Origin: Octopus sinensis
Taxonomy: Eukaryota
DNA length: 64,000 nt
Direction of reading: 5' to 3'
Assembly: GCF_006345805.1 (NCBI RefSeq)
Contig: NC_043016.1
Coordinates: forward strand, 12,276,001 to 12,340,000
The notes below the pieces were generated by a model. It was not told the DNA's origin and did no database searches. It was given only the letters and a program-made list of their open reading frames with translations. Positions 12,569-24,950 of the stretch are shown here, piece after piece; the stretch's first letter is position 1; each line of letters starts with the position of its first letter. Made by a program: the position numbers and the translations under genes.

Positions 12569-13522
12569 TTCATTGCGGATGACTTGAAACTTTAGGCAAA
12601 GTAATATGCATGAGATGAAAAAGAGCCTTGACCTAATTACAGCATTCTCAATTTTGGTCAGGATAAATGTTATTATATGGTTGTGAGAAAGAAGAAAACT
12701 ATAAACCAGACTAGTAACATCTCCATCAATGATTTGACTGTTTCCCCTGCATCTGACGAGGAATGTTACAGGTATCTAGGGGTGGATAAAAACATATCTT
12801 ACAATGGTACCTGTAACAAAACACGTGTCACCAAAGAATATTACAGCTAAATAAAGAAAATTTGGACCTCAGAACTCTCTGCATTCAATAAAACACAATG
12901 TGTTTGCAGTGCCAGTACTCATACCAACATTTGGGCTACTTGATTGGACGCTTGATGAGATCCGAGTCATTGATGTGAAAACCCAAAATATACTAACAAG
13001 CACCCATAATTTCCACATAAACAGGGACATAGACCACCTCTGCCTAAAATGAAAACAAGGTGGAAGAGGCTTAACATCATTCCAAAATGCCTTTGAATGT
13101 CATATCATATCTCTTCGGCAACACCTTTTAACCACCAAGTGTCAAAGTTTATACCTTGACCAAGTTTGCATACATGAGGCTGATAACATCATAAGACTTG
13201 GAAAGCAGCTCCTTGAGCAACACTCTTTGTCTGATAACCTAGAATACATGTCCAAAGAAGTCATATGACTCTACCTCAACATATCATCCGATGAAAGGAT
13301 GAGCCTGAGCAGAAGACTATGCACGGATATGTTAGTAGAAAGCTCTGTGATGATAGTAACATCGATCATCAAAGCAGTTCATTGTGGATGAATAGCCGGA
13401 TTACTACCTCCAGGAACAGGAAATATCAACGAAATACCTGATGCACAAAAGGGATAGAAATGCAGGAAAAGCAGTAAAATGTGACAACTGATGCAGACTT
13501 TGTGGAGTTAACACTGAAGAAT
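12569..13522 (+). pseudogene. R4/Dong-clade non-LTR retrotransposon RT fragment
   Basis: Broken translation: FIADDLKL (YADD motif), YRYLG, KIWTSELSAFNK, FAVPVLIPTFGLLDWT, GGRGL, and CRLC at the 3' end; interrupted by a SINE at ~13523. Confidence 0.8.
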
Positions 13523-13583
13523 TTGAACTCAGAATGTAAAGACAGATGAAATACTGCTAAACATTTCCCCTGGCGTGCTAATG

Positions 13584-13818
13584 TTTCTTATTTCTTTATT
13601 GCCCACAAGGGGCTAAACATAGAGGGGACAAACAAGGACAGACATAGGGATTAAGTTGATTACATCGACCCCAGTGCATAACAGGTACTTAATTTATCGA
13701 CCCTGAAAGGATGAAAGGCAAAGTTGACCTTGGCAGAATTTTAACTCAGAACGTAAAGACATGAAATACTGCTAAGCATTTCACCTAGCGTGCTAATGTT
13801 TCTGCCAGCTCACCACCT
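13584..13818 (-). mobile_element. SINE family A (preceded by a further partial copy from ~13523)
   Basis: Similar to 10398-10629. Confidence 0.75.
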
Positions 13819-16202
13819 TGGTAAAGGTATTTATTACTGTAGTTTTTTATACTAAATGGACAATAATATTAGGAATTTTTTTTTTTTTTTACTGTACAGT
13901 CAAATAATTACAAGTTTTTACAAGTGTATTTTTCTCTCTATAGACAGGCATTTATATATTTATTAATGTTCTTTTCTGTGGATAAACATTTGTTGATATT
14001 TAGAAAGTGAAGTGTTTCTGTATGAATAAACAACTCCTTACCTACACAAGTGTTCCTCCCCACCCAACTTTGTTTCCTCTTAACTTTTAGAAAATTAATA
14101 TCTTTTTAATGAAATTTTCTACAAGTGTCCTTCAGATGTTGTAGATTCCAATTATATTGGAATTTGTTGGGAAAATATTTTTCAGATAGAGGAGGAGAGA
14201 AGTTTTGGATAATTTACACACCTTGTCTTTATTTTCTCATAATTTTCTGAAAAATACATATTTTTAATGAAATTTTCTACAGATACCTTTCAAATGGTAT
14301 AAATTCCAATTATATCAGAATTTAATGTGAAAAGAAAAACTGATAGGTGCTCACACACCACAATTTTTTTCAAAATCTGAAGATTCATTATGTAGGTATT
14401 ATAACTGATGTGCAGCATGTATAAATTTGCACCTGTAACAGGTGTATGTTCATAAATAAATTGCCAGTCTAGGCTTAAATAGTCAGAAAGTGGCCCATAT
14501 GCAGGTTTTCTATGATTGGTAATGTGATGGTGTAACACATTGGCCGAGTTCATTGTTGAGACTGGATACGTTAGTTGTCCAATCAAATCATGTGATAGAC
14601 CAACGAAGCATGGCAAAATTTTGTTTGCACTCTGGAACCTTACAGCATCAATAAATGAAGGAATTTCTTCCAGTTTAGTTCAGAGGGGAGAGTTGTTTTT
14701 CAGGTAGTGTATTCCTGTTTGCTATGCACCTATAAGCAGAGAGAATGAGAGACTGCAAGAAGTAACATCACATATTTCTATTCCTGTCTTCCAAGCACAC
14801 ATCACCAAATTTTGACTGATTAGAGAAGCTAATATGTATATTTTCCTCAGACAGTTATCATCATAATGTAACCGACAGTTGCTGTAAAAATTTATTTAGT
14901 GGTTGAATAAAGTGTCACAGTTGATTGCAACTTGTTTTCTGGTATTTCTTCCCACTGTTTTATATACGACTCACTGGAACAAGAGCTTGTAATTATACAT
15001 GGGTCAGAGACATTAAACACCCTAGAATTATTTTTCATATTAAATTCTGATATAATCATAATCTACACCATCTGAAAGATATTTGTAGAAATTTTTATTT
15101 AAAAATATAAATTTTTCTTAATGCTGTGAGGAAACAAAGTCAGTGGAGGGGTACACTTCTCTTGATATGCTACAAACAGTAATAACAGCCTTGTGCTATC
15201 AAAATATATTTAGAAAATAAAACTGATATTTTCATGACTAAATCAAACAGGTTTATAGATTAAATTACTGGGGTGTCAAGTATTTTGTTTCATTGCTATT
15301 ATGTACAATAAAATATATTTATTTATAGATTTGTGTTCAGTCGACACTGTGGTATATTAAAACAATTGTAAACAATGTAATCATCAACATAATTTTTGTG
15401 AGCAGGAAAAAGAGGGAAACAAGAGTAGAAGGTTTTGTATTTACATTTGAAAAATAAATTAATTTTTGAGGTAAATTTTCAAATAAAAACTGATAATTAA
15501 GAAATAGATTCAAACATTATAGATTTCTTTTTTGTCGTTGTAACTGAAAAGCAAAAAATAATTCAAATTCTTTTATTGTTATTAGATAGGCAAAGAATGC
15601 CTACCAAATAGTAATTGTACCACAAACAGGGCGGATCCAGGCAAAACTTCAAATATTCCAATTCTAACACTATTTCAACATGTTCTCTTTATTTGTCTTT
15701 CTGTTTTTTTAACAAAATTTCTAGTATTTTTTTGGCTGAAGGACAATTGGTCATTGCTTGAGAACGTTAAATTAAGAGAAATAATTTGTTAATCTTTTTC
15801 AGCAATCACACTGGAAATCAGTGATATTAAAATATTAAAAATTCTGAAGAACAAGAAGAAACAAAAATGCTGACCAAAAATATAACCATCGTTTCCCATC
15901 TTTTTAGCTAACCTCACAAAATTAAAAAATGATGTTTTGCAATTTATCAATCATTTTTAAACTCCTACATGTTATCACTTTTTTTTTATTTTTCACCCTC
16001 TCTCTTTCTTACTTTTCTCTCTCTCTCTTTTTCTTTCTTTCTTTCTCCCTTTTTTCTCTCTCTCTTCGTTTCTTTCTCTCCTTCGTTCCTTCCTTTCTTT
16101 CCAGGTTGCTCTTTCTCACTCATCTAACCCTTTTATCTCGCAGGCTATCTATGTTATTATAAACTTCTGTTTCTTTTTTCTCTTTCTTTCTTCCATTCTC
16201 TT

Positions 16203-16264
<62 letters not shown>

Positions 16265-16450
16265 TCTCTCACACACACACACACACACACAGAAGCACAT
16301 ACTGAAATACACATTCCTGCACACACATTCATAAACTCACAAGGTCTTCCTCTTAATCAATCTCGGCATGTTTAACTTACTTCAGTAGTGAAATATATAT
16401 TTTGTTTTGTTTTAGATTTCCAAGTAAAGGCCTTTTCTTCTTCTTCTTCT

Positions 16451-16490
<40 letters not shown>

Positions 16491-16619
16491 CTTTCCTCGA
16501 GTAGAGGGTGGTCTACTTGTAAACATATGCATACTTATGCATATTCCTTCAAATTCCTTCCATCATCCATTAATTTCAAAACATATTTCTCCAACATTTC
16601 AACACTTATTTTGACCCCA

Positions 16620-16730
16620 ACACCACACCACCACCACCACCACCACCACCACCACCACACCACCACCACCACAACCACCACCACCACCACCACAACCACC
16701 ACCACCATCACCACTACCACCACCATTTTA
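16620..16730. repeat. (CAC/CCA)n microsatellite
   Basis: Direct reading; the source of the poly-H/T/V/W ORFs in the track. Confidence 0.9.
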
Positions 16731-16876
16731 CAAGCATACTGGCACCCCGCCACGTACACAAACACGAAATGATTTAATGTTGGGCCTTCTGGCTCTACCA
16801 CCCCCACAAAACAACCAATATGCTGTCAATGTAGTTTCCCCCCCACCACCACCAAACACACACACACACACACACA

Positions 16877-18093
16877 CGCACACTTCCTTTATTATCTTTT
16901 CTTTTTTTCTTTCTCCGAAGCAGCAAGCACATTCTTCCTTTAAAACACTTTTTAAAATTCATCGTTACATCCTTTACAAATTCCTATGAAGAACGTGAAT
17001 CTAAAGAAAGAAACAAACAAATTAATACATATAATTCTATGAATTGGAAGGATCGTTTAACGTTCCACACAAAATCCCTTGTGTATTTAATTTCATTCCT
17101 TTTCACATGCTGAGTTCAAATTCCTACAAAGTCAACGTTGTTTTCCAGTCTTCCAGGGTCAATAAGGAAAAGTATGAGCAGTGTGTTGGAGTAGATATAA
17201 TATTCTTATAAAGAATGGATAATTAAGTTATTTGACAATAAGAGCTATATATACTCTTTTACTTGTTTCAGTCACTTGGCTGTGGCCATGCTGGAGCACT
17301 GCCTTTAGTCGAGCAAATTGATCCCAGGACTTATTCTTTGTAAGCCTGGTAATTATTCTATTGTCTCTTTTGCTGAACCGCAAATATACCAGCATCGGTC
17401 GACAAGCAATGTTGGGGAGACAAACACAGATACACAAACATACACACACACACATACATACATACATAATACACACACACACACCACACACACACACACA
17501 CACGCACACTTCCTTTATTATCTTTTCTTTTTTTCTTTCTCCGAAGCAGCAAGCACATTCTTCCTTTAAAACACTTTTTAAAATTCATCGTTACATCCTT
17601 TACAAATTCCTATGAAGAACGTGAATCTAAAGAAAGAAACAAACAAATTAATACATATAATTCTATGAATTGGAAGGATCGTTTAACGTTCCACACAAAA
17701 TCCCTTGTGTATTTAATTTCATTCCTTTTCACATGCTGAGTTCAAATTCCTACAAAGTCAACGTTGTTTTCCAGTCTTCCAGGGTCAATAAGGAAAAGTA
17801 TGAGCAGTGTGTTGGAGTAGATATAATATTCTTATAAAGAATGGATAATTAGTTATTTGACAATAAGAGCTATATATACTCTTTTACTTGTTTCAGTCAC
17901 TTGGCTGTGGCCATGCTGGAGCACTGCCTTTAGTCGAGCAAATTGATCCCAGGACTTATTCTTTGTAAGCCTGGTAATTATTCTATTGTCTCTTTTGCTG
18001 AACCGCAAATATACCAGCATCGGTCGACAAGCAATGTTGGGGAGACAAACACAGATACACAAACATACACACACACACATACATACATACATA

Positions 18094-18125
<32 letters not shown>
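16877..18125. repeat. Near-identical ~626-bp tandem duplication bounded by (CA)n
   Basis: cgcacacttcctttatt starts at 16877 and 17503; the only non-microsatellite difference seen is aattaagtt vs aattagtt. Confidence 0.9.
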
Positions 18126-18136
<11 letters not shown>

Positions 18137-18141
<5 letters not shown>

Positions 18142-18460
18142 TAAATTAGAGATAAAACCACTATTAGGCAAATCAAACAATGAAAAACTTAAGCCAATAC
18201 ATAAAATTAATTAATTTATATTATTTTAAATATATATCAAAAGTATTAAAAGTTTAATAAAAGATAAAGAGTAAAACACTACGACCGTTTCATGGCTGTT
18301 CAATTCTTAATAATTCGAGTTATGGTTACAGTCAATCTTCAGGTAATTGAAATATCTAAAATATAATCAGAAATATTTAAACAATATTTTTAAGATATAA
18401 ATAATATAATAATTTTACTTATAAGAAACTCTATTATCAAACTAGAAACATAAAACTTTA
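18137..18460 (-). mobile_element. Penelope-like element terminal-repeat fragment flanked by (TA)n
   Basis: 18141-18239 matches 52796-52894 with one mismatch; carries a hammerhead-like motif on the minus strand. Confidence 0.6.
18277..18348 (-). ncRNA. Degenerate minimal type-I hammerhead ribozyme motif
   Basis: Minus strand reads uac-CUGAAGA-UUGACUGU..ACAGCCAU-GAAA-CGGUCG-UA/gug; stem II pairs 6 of 8 and the 10.1-11.1 pair is a U-U mismatch. Confidence 0.5.
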
Positions 18461-18737
18461 TATATATATATAGATAGATATACACATATATACATCGGGC
18501 TTCTTTCAGTTTCTGTCTACCAATTCCACTCACAAGGCTTTGGTCGGCCCGAGGCTATAGTAGAAGACACTTGCCCAAGGTGCCACACAGTGGGAATGAA
18601 CCCGGCATCATGTGGTTGGTAAGCAAGTTACTTACCACACAGCCAGTCCTGCACCTAGATGATCATTTTTTTTTGTATACATTCAAGATCTGCAACATAT
18701 TTTTTTTAAATTATAAATGGAAATAATATAATATATA

Positions 18738-19556
18738 TAGGTGTGGCTATGTGGTAAGAAGCTTGCTTCCCAACCACATGGTTCTGGGTTCAGTCCCACT
18801 GCATGTTACCTTGGGCAAGTGTCTTCTACTATAGCCTCGGGATGACTAAAGTTTTGTAAGTGGATTTGGTAGATGGAAACTGAAAGAAGCCCAGCATACA
18901 CACACACATATATGTTTATATCTATGTGTGTGTGTCTTCATGTCTGTGTTTGTCTCCCACCACCGCTTGACAATCCCTGCTAGTGTGTTCAGGTTTCTGC
19001 AACTTAGCAGTTCAGAAAAATAGATTGATAGAATAAGTACTAAGCTTTGAAAAGAATAAGTCCTAGGGTTGATTTATTCAACTAAAAAAGCCCTTCAAGC
19101 TGATACTCCAGCATGGCCGCAATCAAATAGATAAGATATAGATAGGCGTAGGAGTGGCTGTGTGGTAAGTAGCTTGCTTACCAACCACATGGTTCCGGGT
19201 TCAGGCCCACTGCGTGGCACTTTGGGCAAATGTCTTCTACTATAGCCTTGGACCGACCAAAGCCTTGTGATTGGATTTGGTAGACAGAAACTGAAAGAAG
19301 CCCATCGTGTATATGTACATATATATATATAAGTGTGTGTGTGTATGTTTGTGTGTCTGTGTTTGTCCCTCAACATTGCTTGACAACCAATGCTGGTGTG
19401 TTTTCGTCCTCGTAACTTAGCGGTTTGGCAAAAGAGTTCGATAGAATAAGTACTAGGCTTACAAAGAATAAGTCCTAGGGCCGATTTACTCAACTAAAGG
19501 TGGTGCTCCAGCATGGCCGCAGTCAAATGACTGAAACAAGTAAAAGAGTAAAGAGT
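18738..19556 (+). mobile_element. Two tandem SINE family B copies
   Basis: Heads gtggctatgtggtaagaag (18741) and gtggctgtgtggtaagtag (19155); each has the (TG) core and the ctccagcatggccgca tail region. Confidence 0.8.
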
Positions 19557-19740
19557 AACTACGATTTCGCTTGGCTTGATGGGTCTTCTCAAGCACGGCA
19601 TGTTGTGAAGGTCTTGGTCATTTGTCATTGCTCTGTGAGGCCCAACACTCAAAAGGAGCTTATGTGCGGTGCTCCAGCATGGCCACAGCCAAATGACTGA
19701 AACAGGTAAAAGAGAGTAAAAGAGTGTGTGTGTGTGTATA

Positions 19741-19951
19741 CATGAGGTGGGGGTGCTGGAAAGTTCCTGGCTTTGGGTAAAAGGAAATAGAGGAGGATCA
19801 GTTAATTATCATTTTATTCAACATATTCCCCTCTCAGATTCATACATTTATTGCAGTGGTTCATCTGTTTTTCTGAAATTGGAAGGCTGGGCCTCCAACC
19901 AGGCTTTTCACAAAACCCTCAAAGCCAGGAACTTTTCAATATTCCCTTGTG
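19741..19951. mobile_element. mariner-type MITE
   Basis: TA-flanked imperfect TIRs containing aaagttcctggcttt / aaagccaggaacttt. Confidence 0.65.
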
Positions 19952-20448
19952 TATGAGTGTAATAGCATTAGCACCAATCAGTGATTAGAAATAAATGAAC
20001 TTTAGGTTAGTTAAAATGTTTGTGATATATCTTAACTTCTGCAAGTTACCATGGAGTAAAAAAAAAAATTCTCTCTTATAGTAAATGGTGTAAAATCATC
20101 ATATATGCCCAGTTCTTTCCCTTATCAGTCTCCCAGGCACATGTTTCTAGCTCTTTAGTCTTCCTCAGTGGCATATACCAAAGGGAGATAACCCTGGACA
20201 GATTCAAAATCTATAGCTTTAACTAAAAGACAATAAACATCAGTGAGTCGTGCTATGTCACATTTTAACTAACCAAAAGTTTGTTTATTTGTAATCACTG
20301 CTTGGTGCTGATGCTATTATACTTATTCCATCCAGGAAGGAATATAATAGCATGTGTATGTGTGTGTTTGTGTGTATGTATGTATGTATGCTTTTAAGGA
20401 TCATTTCTTAAGTATGTGTCGCAACGGTATCTGATGATGATATCCTTA

Positions 20449-20868
20449 ACTGGCTTCTGTGCCGGTGGCACGTGACCTGCTGTGCTTGAGGAGACCTATT
20501 GAGTCAAGCACATCAACATCAAATGGAAATTGTAGTCGTGATACCTGTGCCGGTGGCACGTAAAAAGTACCATCTGAACGTGGCCGATGCTAGCACCACC
20601 TTGACTGGCTTCTGTGCCAGTGGCACGTAAAAAGCACCAACCGATCGTGGCTGCTGCCAGCCTCCTCTGGCACCTGTGCCAGTGGCATGTAAAAAGCACT
20701 CACTACACTCATGGAGTGGTTGACATTAGGAAGGGTATCCAGCTGTAGAAACCCTGCCAGATCAGACTGGAGCCTGGTGCAGCCTCCTGGCTTCCCAGAC
20801 CCCGGTTGAACTGTCCAACCTGTGCTAGCACGGAAAACGGACGTTAAACGATGATGATGATGATGATG

Positions 20869-20870
<2 letters not shown>
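20449..20870 (+). mobile_element. Non-autonomous RTE-type retroposon with internal ggtggcacgtaaaaagcac repeats and (GAT)n tail
   Basis: 3' end ttaggaagggtatccagctgtagaaacc...gacgttaaacgatgatgat; related fragments near 9.0, 24.8, 25.3, 27.9, 53.4, 54.5, 55.4 and 63.95 kb. Confidence 0.65.
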
Positions 20871-20909
<39 letters not shown>

Positions 20910-21193
20910 GCTAGGTAGTATAAATTTACAATTTTACTTTGTTCCTGCATGTCTAAAGCAGAGTGTGTTTGAAAAAAATAGCACTGGAATCCAATGATGG
21001 CTTAAGAGTTACACACAGGAACTTCAAGAATCACATGTGACTTGTATTCCACAGCTGGCCACTGTCTGCCATGAAGCTAGATGTGAATTGAACTATAATG
21101 AAAGATTAAGAAGAATCAGATATACTCTGGGGCTAAACACAGCTACCACCAACAACAAGAACATCAAATAGATTCTAACTTCTCCTGAATATA

Positions 21194-21338
21194 CCGTATT
21201 TTAACATGTATAAAGAACCTTTTTTTTTAGTATTATAGTATTATAGTCCCTTACAAAACCTCTTTTCCAAATTTTAAGCCCCCAAAATAAGTGGGGGGTC
21301 CTTATACACGAGGGTTCCCTACACACGTTAAAATATGG
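21194..21338. mobile_element. Tc2/pogo-type MITE
   Basis: ta|ccgtattttaacatgt ... acacgttaaaatatgg|ta. Confidence 0.65.
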
Positions 21339-21879
21339 TAAAGATAATTAAATATGATTACAAATGTATATTTTATGAAGTCATTTTCAATATTTAGCAA
21401 AGACCTTTTGACTCTAAAGTTCTGAGTTCCATTGCCACAAAGTTAAGCATTGCCTTTCATTACTCCAGGCTTGAGAAGAATATAAAGTACCAATTGAGTA
21501 CTAAGAGTCAAGCTAGTTCTAGATATGATTGGAATTTTAATGGAGGGTATTTAATTTGAAGTGTCAGACAGCTTGGGAGCTAATTCCCCGTAGTCTGTAA
21601 ACACTCATAGATGTAGTAATCAAGAATATCATTAATTAATTTAGCAGGTTTGTGTAAGTGTGTGTTTGAATGTGTGTACACATGTATATGTGTGTACATT
21701 TGGGACGGGAGTGCCTATACTTTAAAATTTGTTTCAGCAATCATACCTAAAGTCAAACGGATGTTGTGAGTGAGTGCCTCTGTGTGTGTGTGTGTGTATG
21801 CATGTGTGAGCATGGGTGTATGTGTATGTGTGTGCATGTATGTGTCTGCACATGTGTGTATGTGTGCATGTATGTATTT

Positions 21880-22215
21880 GACTATTCTTTTACTTGTTTC
21901 AGTCATTTGACCACAGCTATGCTGGAGCACTGCCTTTAGTTGAACAAATTGACCCCAGGATTTATTCTTTTTAAGCCTAGTACTTATTCTATCACTCTCT
22001 TTTGCCAAACCGCTATGTTACGGGGGACATAAACACACCTACATCAATTGTCAAGCGATGGTGGTGGGGACAAACACAGACATTTTCTGTCTACCAAATC
22101 CATACACAAGTCTTTTGTTGACCCGAGGCTATAGTAGAAGGACACTTGCTCAAGGTGACATGCAGTGGACCCAGAACAATGTGGTTGGGAAGCCAGGTAC
22201 TTACCACACAGCCAT
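21880..22215 (-). mobile_element. SINE family B
   Basis: Reverse-complement similarity to the 18738-19556 copies. Confidence 0.7.
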
Positions 22216-23137
22216 ATCTGCGCCTCTACACACCCACACCTGCACAAACTTTTTATTTATATTCTAATACTGATTCGTTATTGGTTAGGCACAAAGATCC
22301 TTTATTTGATAAAAGGGTTTACACTAGAATAGAACATGAAGTCATGATGTTCACATTTCCCCAAGAAGCATTAACAAATGTGTCTGTGAAGTGAAGCTTC
22401 CAATGGAACAGTTAAACAAGACATTCATCTAAACCATCTTCTGTCTGCCTTACTCTGTATCAGTGATTCCAAAAATTCTTCAGGCTGCCATTCCCTTGGC
22501 ATGCAGGCCATATTCCTGACATACCCCCCACACACTCACCACCACAAATATAGACCACTTTCTACAGAAAATTCAAAACAACTGTATTTCACAAATAAAA
22601 CTTAACCTAACTAACCCATTATTTTCGGGGGGCATCCTTAACCCCCTTTTGGTCACCTCATTATTGCCCCACTTTTCTTCAATGTTTCCCTGGATCTTTC
22701 CACCGCACCCTCAAGTGGGGTGGGGTCGGGTCAGAGTAGTACTACCCATTTGGGGAACTACTACTCTATATATTTGTTTGACATGCCAAAAATAACAACC
22801 AAATCTCCTTCAAACCACATTTTACTATCTTAAAAGAAAGGGATACATTCAGTATTGTAGCCTGATGTACAATTCATTTGGTCATTTAATGTCTGTTTCT
22901 TTATGCTGGTTTGGGTAGGTTGAGGATTTATCTAAGGTAGTGTTCTATGGTTGGGTGCCCTTCCTGTCACCAACCCTTACCTGTTTTCTAAGTAAGTGAT
23001 ATTTTATTCTTGCCCTTTGAAAGTAGAAAAGTTTCATTGATGCCACACATCCTAGTGGTCTATGAAGAACACTCTTACACCTTCCTTTTTAGAAGAATGG
23101 TCATTCAACCTTGTTAGAATTTCTAATAAATAACACA

Positions 23138-23814
23138 TAGGTATCTTGGTGGATTCCTCCTTTTCGCCTTCGGCCCAGTGCGTCCATGCTGCCAACAAAG
23201 CACGCGGAATTCTGTTCTTGATTCGACGGTCATTCGGAATGCTCACAGCAGCCATATTCCTACCACTCTATGTCACGCTGGTGAGACCCATATTGGAGTA
23301 TGGGATTCAAGCCTCTTCTCCTTATCTCCTCAAAGACATACAGCATCTCGAAAGAGTCCAGAAGCTGGCTACCCGCATGGTTCATGGTCTCAAAATTTGT
23401 CCTACGAAGAAAGGCTGAGGACGCTCGACCATTATTCTCTTGAAAAACGCCGCCGCCGTGGTGATCTCATTCTCGCCCACAACATCATAAGCGGAAAGTG
23501 TAACCTCTCGAAAGAGCTGTTCTTCACTCCTGCTCCAGAGCGTCGGCTGCGGGGTCATTCCGAAAAGCTCTACCTGCGACGATTTCATCTCAATCGAAGG
23601 AGAGGAGCTTTCTCCGTCCGGGTTGCGGATCCGTGGAACAAGCTGCCAGACGAGATCGTGAAGATGCCGACGACCGCTTTGTTCAAAGCCTCCCTGGACC
23701 TCAAGTGGCCTGAACTCTTTACATGAACACCACCCTGTACTTAACTCCATGTCCCCCTACATGGCCTTGCTATTTGCTTTTGAGCCAAATTAACTAACTA
23801 ACTAACTAACTAAC
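23138..23814 (+). mobile_element. 5'-truncated CR1-clade LINE, young (ORF2 C-terminus, 3' UTR, (TAAC)6 tail)
   Basis: AANKARGILFLIRRSF..LVRPILEYG..LERVQKLATRM, then after one frameshift near 23395 LSYEERL..SLEKRRRRGDLI..RGHSEKL..FSVRVADPWNKLP; tail 23791-23814; ataacaca at 23130-23137 and 23815-23822. Confidence 0.9.
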
Positions 23815-24839
23815 ATAACACAACAGATTCTTCATCCATATTGTTTTCAGAATCATCAGCCAAACACAAGCTCTGGATTTCAAAATGCACTCCCCACGTT
23901 AATAGTATCCAGCACATTTCCAACAAATCAACTTAAACTTTGATAAATCAGAGTGGTAGCTTCCTTTCATATCAAAGACAACCACAACTTCACAAACCAA
24001 TTCACTGAAGAATTACAGACCAAAGGTTTTCCATTCCTTTTTTTAAATTAAAAATATTTCAACAGTTATTCTGTTCACAATTGTTCTACCTTCAAACAAC
24101 TGTTTGTCTCTAGTTTTGCTGTTGATTTCTGTTAAACCATCTTAACAACAGATTTATGTTGTCTAATGTTCTGTGTCAACTGTTGTATTATGTCAAAATA
24201 TAAACAAACTTTTGATGAATAATATTAATGACTATTTCATTAAAGATACGTTCACACATACATGTTATTATTCTGCAGACCACAAGCTTGCATTCTAGAC
24301 TGTGTTTGCCAAACTAAGACTTTCATTTTGAGTTTAATTTGTCCTAAATTTTTTAACCGTGTTTTAAGAAGTTTGCTTCTCAACCACACAGTTCTGAGTT
24401 CAATCTAAATGCATGGCACCTTGGGGAAGGGTTTTGTACAATAGCCCCAGGCTAACTGAAACCTTGTGAGTGGATTTGGTAGATGGAAACTGAAAGAAGC
24501 CTATTGTGTATGTATGTGCGTGTGTGGCTGTGGGTGTGTGCGTGCATGTGTGTGTGTTTATGTGTGTGTGTGTGTGTGTATGTGTGTGTGCATGTGTGTG
24601 TGTGTGTGTGTGTGTTTGTTTTAATGTCTCTTTGCCTTGATATCATGTCATAGTTGTAAACTGATATCACAAAAATGTCCTTTGTTCTCAATCTTTGGTG
24701 AAAAAATGTATAGTTTTAGGCAAATATTAGCTTGCTTGGAAACAGGTGGGGGTTGGTGGCAGGAAGAGCATTCAACCATGGAAAGTCTGCCTTGACAAAA
24801 TTCCACCTGATCCATGCAAGCATAGAAAAATGATGATGT

Positions 24840-24950
24840 TGGCAGTGGTGATAATGACAACAGTGGTAGTGGTGGTGGTGGTGGTTTTGGTGGTGGTGAT
24901 GGTGGTGGTGATTTTGGTGGTGGTGATGGTGATGGTGGTGGTGGTGATGA
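24840..24950. repeat. (GGT/GAT)n microsatellite
   Basis: Direct reading. Confidence 0.85.

Noticed and set aside
21006-21173. Protein-looking frame SYTQELQESHVTCIPQLATVCHEARCELNYNERLRR..
   Set aside because: No start codon, no donor and no recognisable family; likely chance or decayed repeat
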